From Lama glama (Eukaryota): a stretch of 64,000 nucleotides of DNA. The position numbers and the translations under genes were made by a program. Each line of letters starts with the position of its first letter. Within the stretch, counting starts at the first letter, position 1. Shown one piece after another: positions 12,126-25,225 of the stretch. The DNA is taken from assembly GCA_028534125.1 (NCBI GenBank), contig CM052818.1, positions 14,262,001 to 14,326,000 of the forward strand. The letters are read 5' to 3'. The notes under the pieces were generated by a model. That model had not been told where the DNA came from and ran no database searches. It worked only from the letters and a program-made list of their open reading frames with translations.

Positions 12126-15100
12126 AAAAGATGGACTTAACTCCACCTTTGTCTCCACCAAAGAAACTCCTCAGGGCAGCACCACACCTGAAGTCCCAAG
12201 GGCTATGAAGAGGAGGATTTGATGTTCCACAAGGGGAGGGGCTGTTTCCATCACTCTACAGAGTTCCTGGAACATCATGGCAGAGTGAGTATTAACCAGG
12301 TGCTTGCTGAAGAGGGAGTGAAGGAGGCCAGCAATCATGGCTGCCCTATATCCCTCCCCCTGCCACAGGCAACCCGTTCTACCAGGGACAGAAAATCAAG
12401 AGGAAGGAGCATGTTTCCCCTTGATGGTCAGAGACACTTTCTAGAGACATAAATGAAACTCTTGTATTGTGATTACAGCCTCTAAAAATGCTTGAGATAC
12501 TTGGTAGAATCCTGGGGTTCTGAAGCACTCAGACTAAAACAAAAAAAATGTTATTCCAGGCAATCGTTCTTACTATCATTCATGATTCCTGACTTCTCAG
12601 TTCCTTGAGCGAGGGAGGAAATGAAATAAACAGCTTTCAACAAATCTTGAGAGAGGCCTTCAAAATAATTTATAAGGCTATGTTACTCAATTAGCAGTGT
12701 GAATCAAAAACATTCCATTATGGATTTGAAGCATTTTTACTCGAGTTTCTATTGTTCTTTTCATTTAAGTCCATAAACTTATCATATTTATTTAAAAGTC
12801 CACATTGGGGAAAAAAAAAGGAAAAAAATTGTCCACATTGGAAATTTTCTCTTTTTTTTTTTTTTGCCAGAAGTTTCTTTACACTATCCTTTAAATCATC
12901 TCTTCCCAGCCTGTGATATCTTATTTATCCAAGTTCCCCCTTTACCAATTGAATACATTAACAAAATTATCTGTTTTTCCTTTTACAAGCCAAGAGTCTC
13001 TGACTTCACTTCTCTGGCTTGCATGCAACAAGATTGCTTAGAATGACTCACATAATGTTCCCAATTATCCATGTCCATGGCAAGAATTAGGGTGAACAGA
13101 GAACCACCTCTATTCACTTTGCCCTGTTCCTATCAGCTTCCTGGAAACTTCACTCCTTTCACCTGGGTAACAAACAGAATGATAGAGCACAGCTAAGTGG
13201 TATTTACTTTTGTTTTAAATTTATCGTGTCATTTCAACAGCACTTTTTATCCTCATATTAGAGCAGGGGAAAACCCCAGCAAGCCTTAATCACTAGATTT
13301 GCAAGAGCAGAAGACATACGGTATCAGTAATGGTGCAGTTACAGAAGCATTTATTTGATAAGCAGGTTTGAAGTTTCCATCAAGGTATCTCTTCCCTTCT
13401 CATGTCTCTGCATTTAGGAATTCAAGGATTTCACGTAAAGTCATTTTGAGTAGGATCTGCTTTTGTCTAATCCCAAAGCATATTTGAAATTTTAGTTCAG
13501 AAGTCTTTAAATGACAGATACATATATAGATAGATACAGATATAGATATAGACATAGATTTGACATAGAAATAAATTCCAAATTGGTGCCCTGCTGCATA
13601 CTTCAAAACTGCTTTTTGCTCCTTCCGTAGAGATTCTCTCTGCCTGAGAAACTACCTTACCTTTAGATCAACCAACAGATTGAAGGAAAGTAGGTATCCT
13701 CATCCTATTAAGTAACCTGAAGGAAATTATCATGCCCCCTGAATTGCTTTGGATAAGATCTCATCAGAAAAGGCTGTTGTGTTCTTCCATGGAGAAATTA
13801 CAGACGTGGAAAGTACCACCACTACCTAAAGTATCTGGTCCACTCTGGACTTCCCATCGTCTTCTTTACCATATCAGAGTGTTGTGATTCTTTCTGTGAC
13901 TGGAAGTATTGATACCACTCACTTATATTTTAAGTCTATCTTCCATTTGAGAGTCCATAAATCCAAATTTCTCCTTTTTGAAGAAAACTTGCATGTCACG
14001 AACCTTGCAAGTTATTGTGGCTACAACAGCAATGTCACAATATTAAAACTTTCAAAATTGCCTCCCTTTCAGTGAAGGTCTCAAGACAATAGAGGTCTCA
14101 TTCCACACCCACATGAAAAGGTTTGGTATCCTTTCCTTTGGCACTCAGTTTATTGCATTGATTGTACTGTACACATGGCAACAAAAAAAAGGGATCAAGG
14201 TTTTAAAGAACTGCTTTTCTCTGTGTATATATAAATCTAGTTCCATTGGGAAATCCCATCTTCTGTTGCCATAGCAATAGAAAGCATTGCAGAGAAAGAC
14301 TTTTATCACCCTATCTGGGAGAAGAAATTGATTTGTTTCTCCAGCAGGCCGGGAGGGCGAAAGCCTGTCTTTCTGTTGTCAGATAAGATCAGGAAGATTT
14401 CCCAGTATGCTGTGCAGGAAGAAGATGAGAATGAATAGGGTCATGAAAGGAGGGAGCCTTATGAAGTTAAACAAAGGAACTCTGATCAACACTAATCATT
14501 CTCAACTCCTGAAGGCGAAAAAATTAAATTTGAGTATTTGTTCCAAGTGCATCATTTAAAAAATGTTTATGATTCTGACTTTAATTTTTAAAACCTTATT
14601 TCATTTCTGCCCAGGTTTCTCCAGGGATTCTCTCACTAAGAACTTTATGTGTTAGTAGCTTTTTTCTTTTAATAGTCTCATGAGGAAAGCATGAACACCT
14701 TCTCTGTCCTTTCCCAGATAATAACCCTGAGAGAATTTCCCACTGTTGGAGGCATAAGGGCATCAGAGTGATTAGGCTGGGCTGTCTGAGGGCACAGGGG
14801 GGAGGTTGCTGCTTTCTGGGTTGAAGAGGGAGTGGCCCACCTCAGCGGATGTTCACCTGTGAGGAAAAAAAGGCAAAAGGAAGGCTTTTTTTGAAAATAG
14901 TGGACTGGAGGTAGTGGGGCCTCAAATGGGGATGGCTGTGCTTCAGTCCTTGTCCCAGGGCTGCACTTGGCACCAGAGTACCACCGCTGGGACTGTGATC
15001 TCATCTGACACCACGGAGATGGCCCCGCCCTCCAGGTGGGCCTGAGTAGCACGAATGGACATGACAGCAATGTCAGCAGACCACCAGGGTCCCCTGCCAC

Positions 15101-15364
15101 GTTCCTGAACTGTGTAAGCCCCAGGGTACTGGGTAGTCTCTGGTTGAGCAGTGGTCCCTCAAACTGGACTTCTCAACAACCTGGATGAGTAGTACATCTA
15201 ATGAGAATTACTGTGATTTAGAAAAATAAAGACACAATATATCTTTCATGTCGAGAGCTGTCATACCTCATAGTTGGTATGGAATTATATTCTAGCCATA
15301 CCTTAACACCACATAAAAGAGTGGTTACGGGCATAGTGGTCTGGCTCTCTGAGACCAAAGCATG

Positions 15365-16294
15365 CAGCGGTATGCTGGGGCCAGCTGGGACTGACCAGCA
15401 AGAACTGACTGTTGAATTTCAGCAATTTTGCCAATCAGTTGTTAAACACAGCCACTGTTTTTAAATTAAATTAAATTAAATTGCAACTAAATAAATTATA
15501 TTAAAAACAAAGATAATGCATACTAAAACTCATCACTTCTAATTATTTTACTATATTTTGCCAATGTGGTAGAAATACTATGTAGAATGATGTGCTACTG
15601 GATGTGTGCCTCCAACTCTGTTTCCAATGATGTCACGTTAGTGGTTTGAAATCAGCCATGATAGGAGTATTCACATGGAAATCCACAAACACTACAAATC
15701 AGGGCTTGATCTGTTGTTTCTGTCAATTATCTAGACTTCAGTCATAGAAGGATAAAATGTTAATAATGCAAAATAAAAGTGTGTCATGTCTATAGCTGTT
15801 ACATTGTGAATAACACACAAAAAAATTGAGGATATATTCTCCCAAAATTCAAAAAATATTATGCAGTTCAGCAGTCACATCATTGGCAAACGATTTAAGT
15901 TCTGATACATGCCTTTGTTTCACTTTTCTCTTATTAATATAGAAAATATCAACTAGCATTCACGTTAGAACTATTCTCATTTGTCAATGATGTGAGGAAC
16001 TTATTTTTCTGAACCAGACAGTGATCAAACATTTATTCCACATTAGATTTTGTCAAATCATGGTTGAATTACAACTATAGATTGGCCACAGATACATGAG
16101 TTCAGTAAAAAATAATGAAAGCATTATATGAAAACTGATTTGCTGTGTGTAATTTATAATAGTCATATATGTTATTGTTATGTGTAAATTGCATGCAACA
16201 CATTATTTATATCACTAAAGTTTACAACAAACTTATGCATTATGTGCATACAATTTTTCTCAAGAGCTTGTTGTTAGTTATGAGTACATTACTG
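15365..16294 (+). mobile_element. MER63-family (hAT-Blackjack) DNA transposon, near full length, inserted in a MIR
   Basis: Starts cagcggtatgctgg, ends gtacattactg (degenerate TIRs). Internal gttgttaaacacagcc, aaactcatcacttctaattattttac and ctacaaatcagggctt. AAGCAT on both flanks is TSD-like. Confidence 0.85.
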
Positions 16295-16515
16295 AAGCAT
16301 ATCCCCTCTACTTACTGGCATATGATACTTTCTCATAAATCACCTTCAGCAAGTTACTTAACTCTCATCCATAATATGGGAATAATAACAGTACCCACCT
16401 GAAAGAAGGTGGGTGTTATTGTGAGGATTTAATAAATCCTAAAGCAGTGATTAAAACAGTAGTGCTTGAAATCTAGTGAGCAGTATATATATAGGTGATG
16501 GTATTATTATTCATT
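16295..16515 (+). mobile_element. MIR SINE (3' part; 5' part at ~15320-15364)
   Basis: ctctacttactgg...gcaagttacttaactc...atgggaataataacagtacc...gttattgtgaggatt. Confidence 0.75.
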
Positions 16516-16879
16516 TACTGCCAAAGATAGAATCTGCCCAAAACAAACAAATCTAAAACCTCCCCCCATCCCTGAGGCTTGACATTCTAAGACAGGGAAA
16601 CTCATGTACATACGGAGCTATTGTGTACTAAACTCCAAAATTTAAAAATAAGATTAGCCTCTGAGAATTAAACTGGTAAAAACCACATGAAATGGATAAG
16701 ATTCATTATTTAAAGAAGTCATCCTAAGGAGAAAGTATCGTAGGCGAGAAGAACAGAGTTTGGAAATCAAATCTAGTCATGATAGACAGTGAGAGAATCT
16801 GGATTCGACTACTGGAATCAATAAATCTGAGCAAAAGTTATTAGAAGGGGAAGTTCTATTTGAAGCCTTTATAAAAAGG

Positions 16880-18370
16880 AGTCAGAGTTAAGACAGTAGG
16901 TTGTTGGCATAAGGATAGATATATAGGTAGATGGAGCAGAATTACATTCATAAATAGACCCACACTTTTATGGTCAACTCATTTCCAAACAAAAGTATTA
17001 AGGCAACTCAAAGGGGGAAGGATAGTTCTTTTAATAAATAGTGTTGAAACAACTGGACATCCATATGGAAAAAATGAACATCAACACTTATCTCTCAATC
17101 ATTCACAAAAATTATCTCAAATGACCAGAGATCTAAATGTAAGAACTAAAACTGCACAACTGATAGAAAAACACAAAAAAAACTTTGTGATCTTTGAAAA
17201 ACAATGACTTTTTACGAAAGAAACAAAAAGCATTAGCCAGAAAAGAAAACAATTGCTAAATTGTACTTCAAAATTATAACTTCTGCTCTTTGAAAGACAT
17301 TAGAAAAATGAACTGGGAAGTCATAGACTGGTAAAGAAAATGCTCAAAGGACTTGTACCTCGAATATATAATGAATGCTTACACTTTAATAGTAAGAAGA
17401 CAAGCTAGCTTAAAATATGGCCCAAAACTTGAACACTGTCAATGACAACTAAAATGCAAAAGACTGACAATACCAAGAGTCACTAAGGATGTAGAGCAAC
17501 ACATTGGCTGATGGAGATGTAAAACAATAAACCACTTTGGAAAGTAGTTTGGCAGGTTTTTTTTTATAAAGTTAGGCATACAGTATGACCTAGCAATGAC
17601 CCCTAGGTATTTACCCGAGGGAAATAAAATTATATCCCTAAACAAGGACTTATACACAAATGTTCATAGCTGCTTTATTCAAAATAGCCAAAAACTGGGA
17701 ATAACTCAAATGTTCATCAACAGGTGAATGGATAAACAAATTATTGTATATTTATACAATGAAATTGTTCTCAGCAATAAAAAGGAGTGAACTATGTATT
17801 GATATACACAACAGAATAGATGAATCCCAGAAACATTGTACCAAGTGAAAGAATCCTGGAGCATTCAGTAGAACACTCAGGTCACTAATATCTTCATCAT
17901 ACAAAGTTGGGAGCCAAGAGATGCTGTCTATAGTTGATGATACTAAAAATAAAGGTATATATAAAAAAAGCTAAAAAGATAAATTTTAAGAGAATTAAAA
18001 GTAGAAGAGAAGAGATGTAAGAACGGCATATGTAAGCTACACCCTCATGTGTCTTAAAAGGAAGTTGGTTATGTCTAAAATAGATAAATCAAGAAATAGC
18101 ACTTAATTATATTGCTTTGAGATGTGTAGGTAACCACCAGAAAGATCTTGTTGTTACAGTTATCAGTACATCACTTAAGCATATCCCCTCTACTTACTGG
18201 TGTATAATATTTTCATAAGAATTAAAAACATTCCTTTGGTAAGTGGATTGGGTTTGGGAAAGAGTGGGGCAGGGGCAGTTTTCATTATAAGGCCTTCTGT
18301 AATTTTTGACCTGTGTGTCAATATTGCTTTGATACAAATATAAAAATTAAAACAGATTAAAAACAAAAAA
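16880..18370 (+). mobile_element. Ancient L1M (L1MB/MC/ME-type) ORF2 3' end and 3'UTR, degraded
   Basis: ggcataaggatagatatatag...aaatagacccacac...caaatgttcatagctgctttattc...tgttcatcaacaggtgaatggataaacaaa; tail to ~18370 may be a second L1MC piece. Confidence 0.85.
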
Positions 18371-20602
18371 AAAGTTACAGGGAAATAAAAATTGATTAGC
18401 TTATGCAAAAAATAAAAACATATCTGGTGATTTAGAAGTCTTTCACAGGCAGCAAGTAGGAAAGGATGTCTGATTTATTAACTCCCAGATGTTCCCATCA
18501 AGTATAATTGTTACTGATAAAATAAATTTGATCAGCATGGATAGTCTTACAATCCATTCTTTGAAAAACAAGAAATACTGCCTTAAGAGTGTAACACAAC
18601 AGTGTGGTAATGAGAAGGTTCACTAATGAAAGGGGTCTACGTGAAACCCAGCTTTCTGGAGCTATTCATCTTTTTTTCTTCTGTAAGTAAGGAGCATGAC
18701 TCAAGCATTGAGGGTTATATTTGGCAAAAGTCCTGTTAATTTAGGATAATTAAATATGCCAGTCACGTGTTTTGGTAAGGTCTGATTAAATACTTTAGAG
18801 AAGTCATTAGTCAATCCATCTGGTCTAGTGGCTTTGCCAGATGGCAAAATGTTACTACCTCTATCTGTATGTACTGTTCTTGGAATATTTTACCTCTATT
18901 GTAGAATAGCATGCAGTTAATTTTCAGGGTAAATCTTAATTTGCTAGTTTACATTATCAAAGAATCTGGAAGGTAGAAAGCAAGCCTGACAACTGTGTTA
19001 CACCACGCCAACGGAGCCACGAGATTTCAAGGCTATATTAAATTGTCTGTTGTTCTACTGCTGAATTCAAAGTGATTTCATCATTTCCATTTCCACAGAA
19101 TGTTCTATGTCAAACATTTCAGATGGTGCTTCATTTGTGACTAGAGAAGCCCAGGGAGAAGTAACAAGCTATGTGTCTCTCCCATAAGATTACAATACTC
19201 CAAGATGAGGAGAACCCTGGAAGTACTTCCTCCGTGTGGATGGTCACCTAAATGGAAAAGTGATCAGTTTTGATTCTTTAAAATTACAGAGTTGTACAGC
19301 TTTGTAAGGGCACCTTAAAGTGACAATCTTAAAGTTGCTTTGGTTCTTTGATCATGCAGAGGTAACCTTTGACACTAATTTCCTAACCTGCTGGGTAAAA
19401 TGCAAGGTACTCTCCAAAGCATTGACAATGGCAACTTTAATCCAGTCACTTCACTAGTTGGTGTCTAAGGTAAATGCTTAGACTCAAGTGATGACTGGGG
19501 GCTTGGGGCTGCTGGAGGAGGGTCTAGGGGTGGCTTGATAAAGGTTGATAAAGCCTAAAAAAGAGCCCAACATTTTATTGCCAATCAACTTGCAACCATT
19601 CAAACATGTTCTAAGGCTAAGCATTAGGTTGAGGTGAAGCCCCAGGCTTTCCTAATAAAGGCCAATTTCCATATCTAATTGATTGACTTGACTGTGGTCA
19701 GATGGAATTGATATTCATGGAACTGTTGCTTCCAAGGTCACCCAGTGAGCATCTGGGAACAAGGGGCATGACCCTATAGTAACTCTTGCATTGAGAGCTT
19801 TGGTTTTTGTTTTGCTCTTGGTTACTGGTACCTCTTCTTCTCTTTGTTTTTATTTTATTCCTCCTCCTTCCCCTCTCTCCTTCCTTTCAAGTTTTTCTCT
19901 GTCTTTCTTTGCGTTAGGATGTTATATTTTATCCAGCAATTCTATGTGTTTGGAGAGGAGTAGGAAGGGTGGGAAAGGTGAATGTCTGTGTCACCTCAGG
20001 ACCACATGTTGTCAGAACTGGAAGTCCATGCTTGACTCTAACCCCCACCCTCAATTCTGAACAGCTGAATTCTATCATTGTGGAACTACCACTGTCAATA
20101 AGGCACAAATGAGTCATTAAGACCTTTTTAAGATTCCGTATGAGTAAGAGCATCTGTGTTTCCACCGAGTCCAGAGATGGTTGCAGACTGATGCCCCCGG
20201 CCCCCACTACTACCTCTCCTCACTGCAGACACCTTCAGTGAAATGTGGGTGACAGGCTGGAAAGATCAAAATGGGATTTAGGATCATCCATCTTCGAACC
20301 CCCTGTGCCCTGTGATAAAGTGAGTCTATGAACCAAGAGGCCCAGGCCAAAGGGGCCATGAGGAGCATATTGGCTTTTTCATGTGGGCCTGAATTAGGGT
20401 GAAGAAGGGGTGATTTCCGTTAGACAGTGCTGAGCAAGTGCCGAGCACCTCTGCCCTTAGGAGGCAAGCTGCAGAAGGGTACTATCAAACCTCCTGGCTC
20501 TCAGGGTAAGGACTAGTTGCAGTGGGAATGCCCCTGTGCCAGGAGGGAAGGGAGGAGGAGCACACCCTGATGACTGGGCTCCCAAAAGACTGCTTGCTAT
20601 CC

Positions 20603-20694
20603 ACCAATAAGGGGTTAGTATCCAGAATATATAAAGAAGTCCTACAACTCAGCAATAACAAAAAAAAACACAACCTGATTAAAAAGTAAGCAGA
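20603..20694 (+). mobile_element. Short L1 ORF2 fragment interrupted by a SINE
   Basis: ataaggggttagtatccagaatatataaagaagtcctacaactcagcaataac...aacctgattaaaaag; resumes as ggcagaggac at ~20872. Confidence 0.8.
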
Positions 20695-20700
20695 TGTCTT

Positions 20701-20869
20701 GGGGGAGAGTATAGCTCTGTGGTAGAGTGCATGCTTAGCATGTGTGAGGTCCTGGGTTCAATTCCCAGTACCTCTGTTTAAACAAATAAACAAATAGATA
20801 AACAAACCTAATTAACTCCCCCCCAAATAAAATAAAATATTAAATTAAAAATAAATTAAAAAAAAAAAA
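20701..20869 (+). mobile_element. Camelid tRNA-Ala-derived SINE (vic-1 type)
   Basis: ggggagagtatagctctgtggtagagtgcatgcttagcatgtgtgaggtcctgggttcaattcccagtacctc (A and B boxes), aacctaattaactccccccc spacer, A-rich tail; degenerate TSD aaaaagtaagcaga / aaaaacaggcaga. Confidence 0.9.
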
Positions 20870-22041
20870 CAGGCAGAGGACTCTGAAAGGCAAGGGAATG
20901 GACTCTCCCCAAGAGCCTCCAAAATCCTTTTAATAAGAACGTATCTTCTGGGGAGTAACAATCACAAATATGATCTATATACACAGGGTTCACTGATGGA
21001 GAGAGAGAGAGAGAGAGGAGCTGCAGGTGATTCCTTTGGAGAGTGTAATGCTGAGGGCAGGAGTTGGTGGGGAGCAAGGATTTTCATTCCCCGAAAGTGC
21101 TTCCTCTTCTGGAAAAAATGACTCACAGAGCTGTGCCACAGAGGCCCAAATTCAGCTGCTCGGAAGATACATTAGTGAATCACAGACATGACTGATGGAG
21201 AAAATCAAGTGATACAAACCATTAGTCTTCTTTCCAAGCCAATAAAATGAATAGTTCTATTAGTGCTATTAAAATCGCACATTTATCTAATTAGAATGAC
21301 TCAGGTCTTTTGCCTTTCTTTATAAAAAAAATTTCCTCTGGAACTTAATGTTAAAACAGACATCTCACTAATAAATCTAGAAAACAGTATCAGGATAACA
21401 GTGTGGCATTAATTCACACTAATGACTTCAAAATTCACTGCAAATCACTGGTTGACTTAAAAATGAAAAAAATGTATTTAGAAATAAAAAGGAAAAAGAA
21501 AACATGGTCTGTATACCTTACAACTTCATGAAAAATATGTTGGGATAAAGCTAAATTTCAAATGTCTTTCTAGAATCTGTTTGCCAATGTTAAAAAGCAC
21601 AAAGTCAACGTTCCCTAGCGACGCTGCCAGTGAGGTGGCAGAGTTAATCCATCTCTATGGCTGTACCCTGTAGCTCTTCCTCTCTTCCCCAAATTCCTTT
21701 CCTTCTAAGAGTCAGATAGTAAACACTTTTAAAATATTTAATAAATTTAAATAATATTTAATAAATTTGAATTTTTAATAAAAATCTAAGGGTCTAAAAC
21801 AGGATATTACTCCAACATGTATGATGTAGTCTTTCTAAAATAGTATTCACTCCCAGCTCTTTTCAAATTAATATCCTTCTCTAGTATTCCAGGAAGATTC
21901 AAGCAAAATTATTTTGAGCACCCAAAATTATTTTGAGGGTGCAGGGAAGCTAGAAGTGAGTGTGGCTATAAAGTGAGTTATATGTAAAGCCTGCCTTTAA
22001 GGCCTTTATAATCCAGCGAGGAAGACATGCAGATGGACAAG

Positions 22042-22390
22042 CGTAAACTAGGTTAGGTTATGCTGCAGTAACCAAGAACGTCGTAGTCTCAGTGGCTTGC
22101 TCATTCCTCGTGCTATGTGGCCACGTTAGTCAGCAGAGGGGCTCTCTCAGGGACCCAGGCTAGTAGAATAGTCATTTTATCCTGAACACACCAAAGGGAA
22201 AAATACATGGTAAAGTATGCACTGGCATTTAAAGCTCAAGCAACGCATGTTACTTCTACTCATATTTCATTGGCTAATGCAAGTCAGATGGCCACACCTT
22301 AATTCAAAGTGGGCAGGGAGGTGCAGTCCTCCCCATCCCAGGACGGAGAGGGTACGGGGTTATCTGTGAACAGCATTAATGGTAACACAC
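22042..22390. mobile_element. MLT1 (J/K/L-type) MaLR LTR
   Basis: ggttatgctgcagtaacc...tctcagtggctt...acttctactcatatttcattggc...aagtcagatggccacacc. Confidence 0.75.
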
Positions 22391-22399
22391 AGACCAATT

Positions 22400-23200
22400 A
22401 CCATATAATAAGAGGAAAAATCATCAAAGTGCTGAATGGTGCTGGAACAGAAGGATGATTAAATCTGACTGGGACACAGGGATCTTCAAGAAGACCAGCG
22501 GCACTTGAGCTGGACCTAAAAGGCTTGTGGTAGGTGAAGACAACCTAGGCTGAGGGACAAGGTAAGCAAAGGTGCTGGGGCATGGACGTGCAGGGGGCGT
22601 CCAGAGAGTCCAGGAAATGAGAACCAGGAAGTACGTAGAAAGTTCAGGTAGGTGTAGACAGAGAGAAAGCTGAATGGTCAGACTAGGCTGAGCAGAATTA
22701 CTATAACACAAGATTTTCGATTTAGAAAGCAGGAGGCCACTGGAAAATGTTTTGTGCATTGGTAACAACACTTAAGCAGCCTGGTTATCTTTTGTGTCAT
22801 GTTTTCTACGTTTAACCCACACATCAACCCTAACAAGATGGTGTTGTCACCACTATATCCACCATAAATGTGAGGAAATTGAGGCCCAGGTCACAACACA
22901 GGGAGGAAGGGGGGTTAAATTTAAATCTCATGCCAAATCATATTAATCACATTACTAAGACATGACTCAAACTGGTTTTTTATTCATTCAGTCAGTCAGC
23001 CAGTCAACAAATATATACTGACTGACACTGTGGTAGGTGCTGGGGAAATACTGATGAATAAGACAGTCTGAAATTCCACAAGGTTCAAAGTGTCCTTAAG
23101 GAGACAAGCAAATACAATGACTTTGAGGATCTATGTATCAGAGAGTAAGCACAGGAGAATGCAGAAGCAAGAGAGAGAGGGGGGATGCTGGGACCTTGCT
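22400..23200 (-). mobile_element. L2 and MIR fragments
   Basis: L2 body (ttgagctggacctaaaagg), MIR core (gaggaaattgaggcccag) and L2 tail (ttcattcagtcagtc...caacaaatatatactga). Confidence 0.6.
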
Positions 23201-23209
23201 GAAATCTAC

Positions 23210-23400
23210 TGAGAAATGAGGAGTTGCTGTTCAAAAGGTACAAAGTTTTGGCTATGTGAATGTATTCACAATCAGATTAATAAGCTCTTGAGTTGTGCTA
23301 TGTAACACTGTGCCTATAGTTAACAATACAGCAATGTACACTTAAAATTTAAGAGAGTAAACCTCATGGTAAGTGTTCTTACCACAATTTAAAAAAAAAA
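23210..23400 (+). mobile_element. L1MA/MB 3' end with poly(A)
   Basis: ggagttgctgttcaaaaggtacaaagtttt...ctatagttaacaatac...taagtgttcttaccacaattt(a)n. Confidence 0.8.
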
Positions 23401-24889
23401 AGTCAAAAGAAAGAAAGCTATTAGGAAGCCACTGAACCAAGGCAGTGTTAGAGGGATGCAAAAGAGAGGATGGGTAGAGAGGGAAACCAAGGAGATGGGA
23501 CTTGCCGACCTACGGGATAGCAGGAGGAGTTGGGGGAAGGGGCATAGCTGCCAGGGTGGGACTGGGCAGGAACCCAGGAGGGGAAGTGGATGGGGGGAGA
23601 AGATGAACTGCAGGCAGAGACCGTGCCTCCTGTGCCTGACACGCAGTGGGGCCTGATGGCTAACTGCTCAAGTAGTGGCTATACTTCCTTATTGTTACGG
23701 TGAGTTTTAGGCAGCTTCAGAAGGTCAAACAAGGGGCTGGAGATTTTGGTCTGGTGCTCTGGAGAGAGGTGAAGGCTGAAGACACGGAATTGGAACTTAT
23801 CTAACAAACATCATGTGAGCAGCAAAGGACACATCTTCATTCTCATGAGCCTGGCCTTCTTGGTTTTAGCTTTCTCAGTGGTTTCAGCCAACTTTCCTGA
23901 GTTTGTGTCTCTCCTTAGTGGTCATCAGTAAAATATCCTATTAAATTATAGCAAAGACTCTCCTTCTGATTGGAGGAGACCCCAGGGCACTGTTCTTTCA
24001 ACCCCCACATCGCCACCAAGGCATTCCAGCTCTGAAGCATTTTCTTTCATATTAAGCCATGATGATTATGATACAGTGTGAAATGACAATGGTATGTTTT
24101 TTCCTCCAATAACAAACATATGTGGATTAATCAATTCTTATCAATTAACTCAGGTTTATTATTATTACCTCAAATGTTACAAGCTTATCTTTACTGAAAG
24201 AGTGAATTTGATAAGACTAGTATGTTGTGTTAAATAATGCTTGGAGAAAGTACTTTATTTTATGTTAATAAAATCTATATAAAATAAATTTTTATGAAAA
24301 GGAGTTTGCCATCCATTACAAATCCTCGAGAACTATTTCTACCTCATATAATAAAAAAAACCTAAAATAAACAGTATTTATTTAGTGCCTCTTTAGGGTA
24401 CAGGCATCAGATACTTATACAACGGAATAAATTCACAAAGATTAAGTTCTAATGTGCAGGAGAAGATTAAACAGAGTCAGTATAATTTTAAATACCTGAC
24501 ATATTATTTAAATTTCACCATAAAAGAATACTATTAGATTTCAAATTTCTGAAGTTGTACAAATAGCCTGGAACAATTATATTTCCTGATGTGGCAAAGC
24601 CAAGCCATTTCCTTAAAGTGAAGAAGGTTTTGGGCAGAAAGATGTGAACCAGCCTGGGATTTTACTGAGAGGGCCAGTGAGAGAGGTGGGTGCGCAGGCT
24701 TGCTGACCCTGGCTAATTAAGGACAAGGGAAAGGAAGTGCCCAGCTGATGAAAAGGCAGGAAGGTTCTCTTATTCCACAGCTGGCTCCTTAAAATCCAAG
24801 GACACACCCCAGTATCTCTTCCTTTGTTCCCTCGGAAGTTTCTGCTAATTGCTTTTTGTTTCAGGGCTGAGCTCTGAGGGAGGAAAGAG

Positions 24890-25225
24890 CCTGTAGCAGA
24901 AAATTATTACCACCACCACCGGAATGAAGTGAACAGTGGCAGAGCCATCTAACTAAAGGCCCCTGGCCTGTCCTGGTCCCGCCGCCAGTGCTGTCCCTGC
25001 TGGCCGTCCTGGCTGATGGCTCCCAGCTCGAGCGCTTCACTTCCCTGCTCTGGCACCTTTCTTTCCTTTTCTCTGCCGATCACTTTCCTTCCAGTTCCCC
25101 TTCGGAGCAATAAAGCAGCTGTTCACTTCGTCCCTCTGCCTCTGCTGCGTGAACTCTTTCACAGCCAGCGGCAAAGGACTCCCCACTTGGGTGGGCTTCC
25201 TAATTTAGAGGTCTCTCTCCGCTAA
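24890..25225 (+). mobile_element. ERV LTR-like element within a larger GC-rich, probably LTR-derived tract (~24640-25560)
   Basis: TG start (tgtagcag), AATAAA at ~25109, then U5-like cgtgaactctttcacagccagcggcaaaggac; family not identified. Confidence 0.5.

Noticed and set aside
14678..15100. 140-aa minus-strand ORF
   Set aside because: GTG start, no recognisable domain or splice context; expected by chance in a GC-richer stretch.
21728..21785. AT-rich repeats (also 56100-56162)
   Set aside because: Short slippage duplications in low-complexity sequence with no functional signal.
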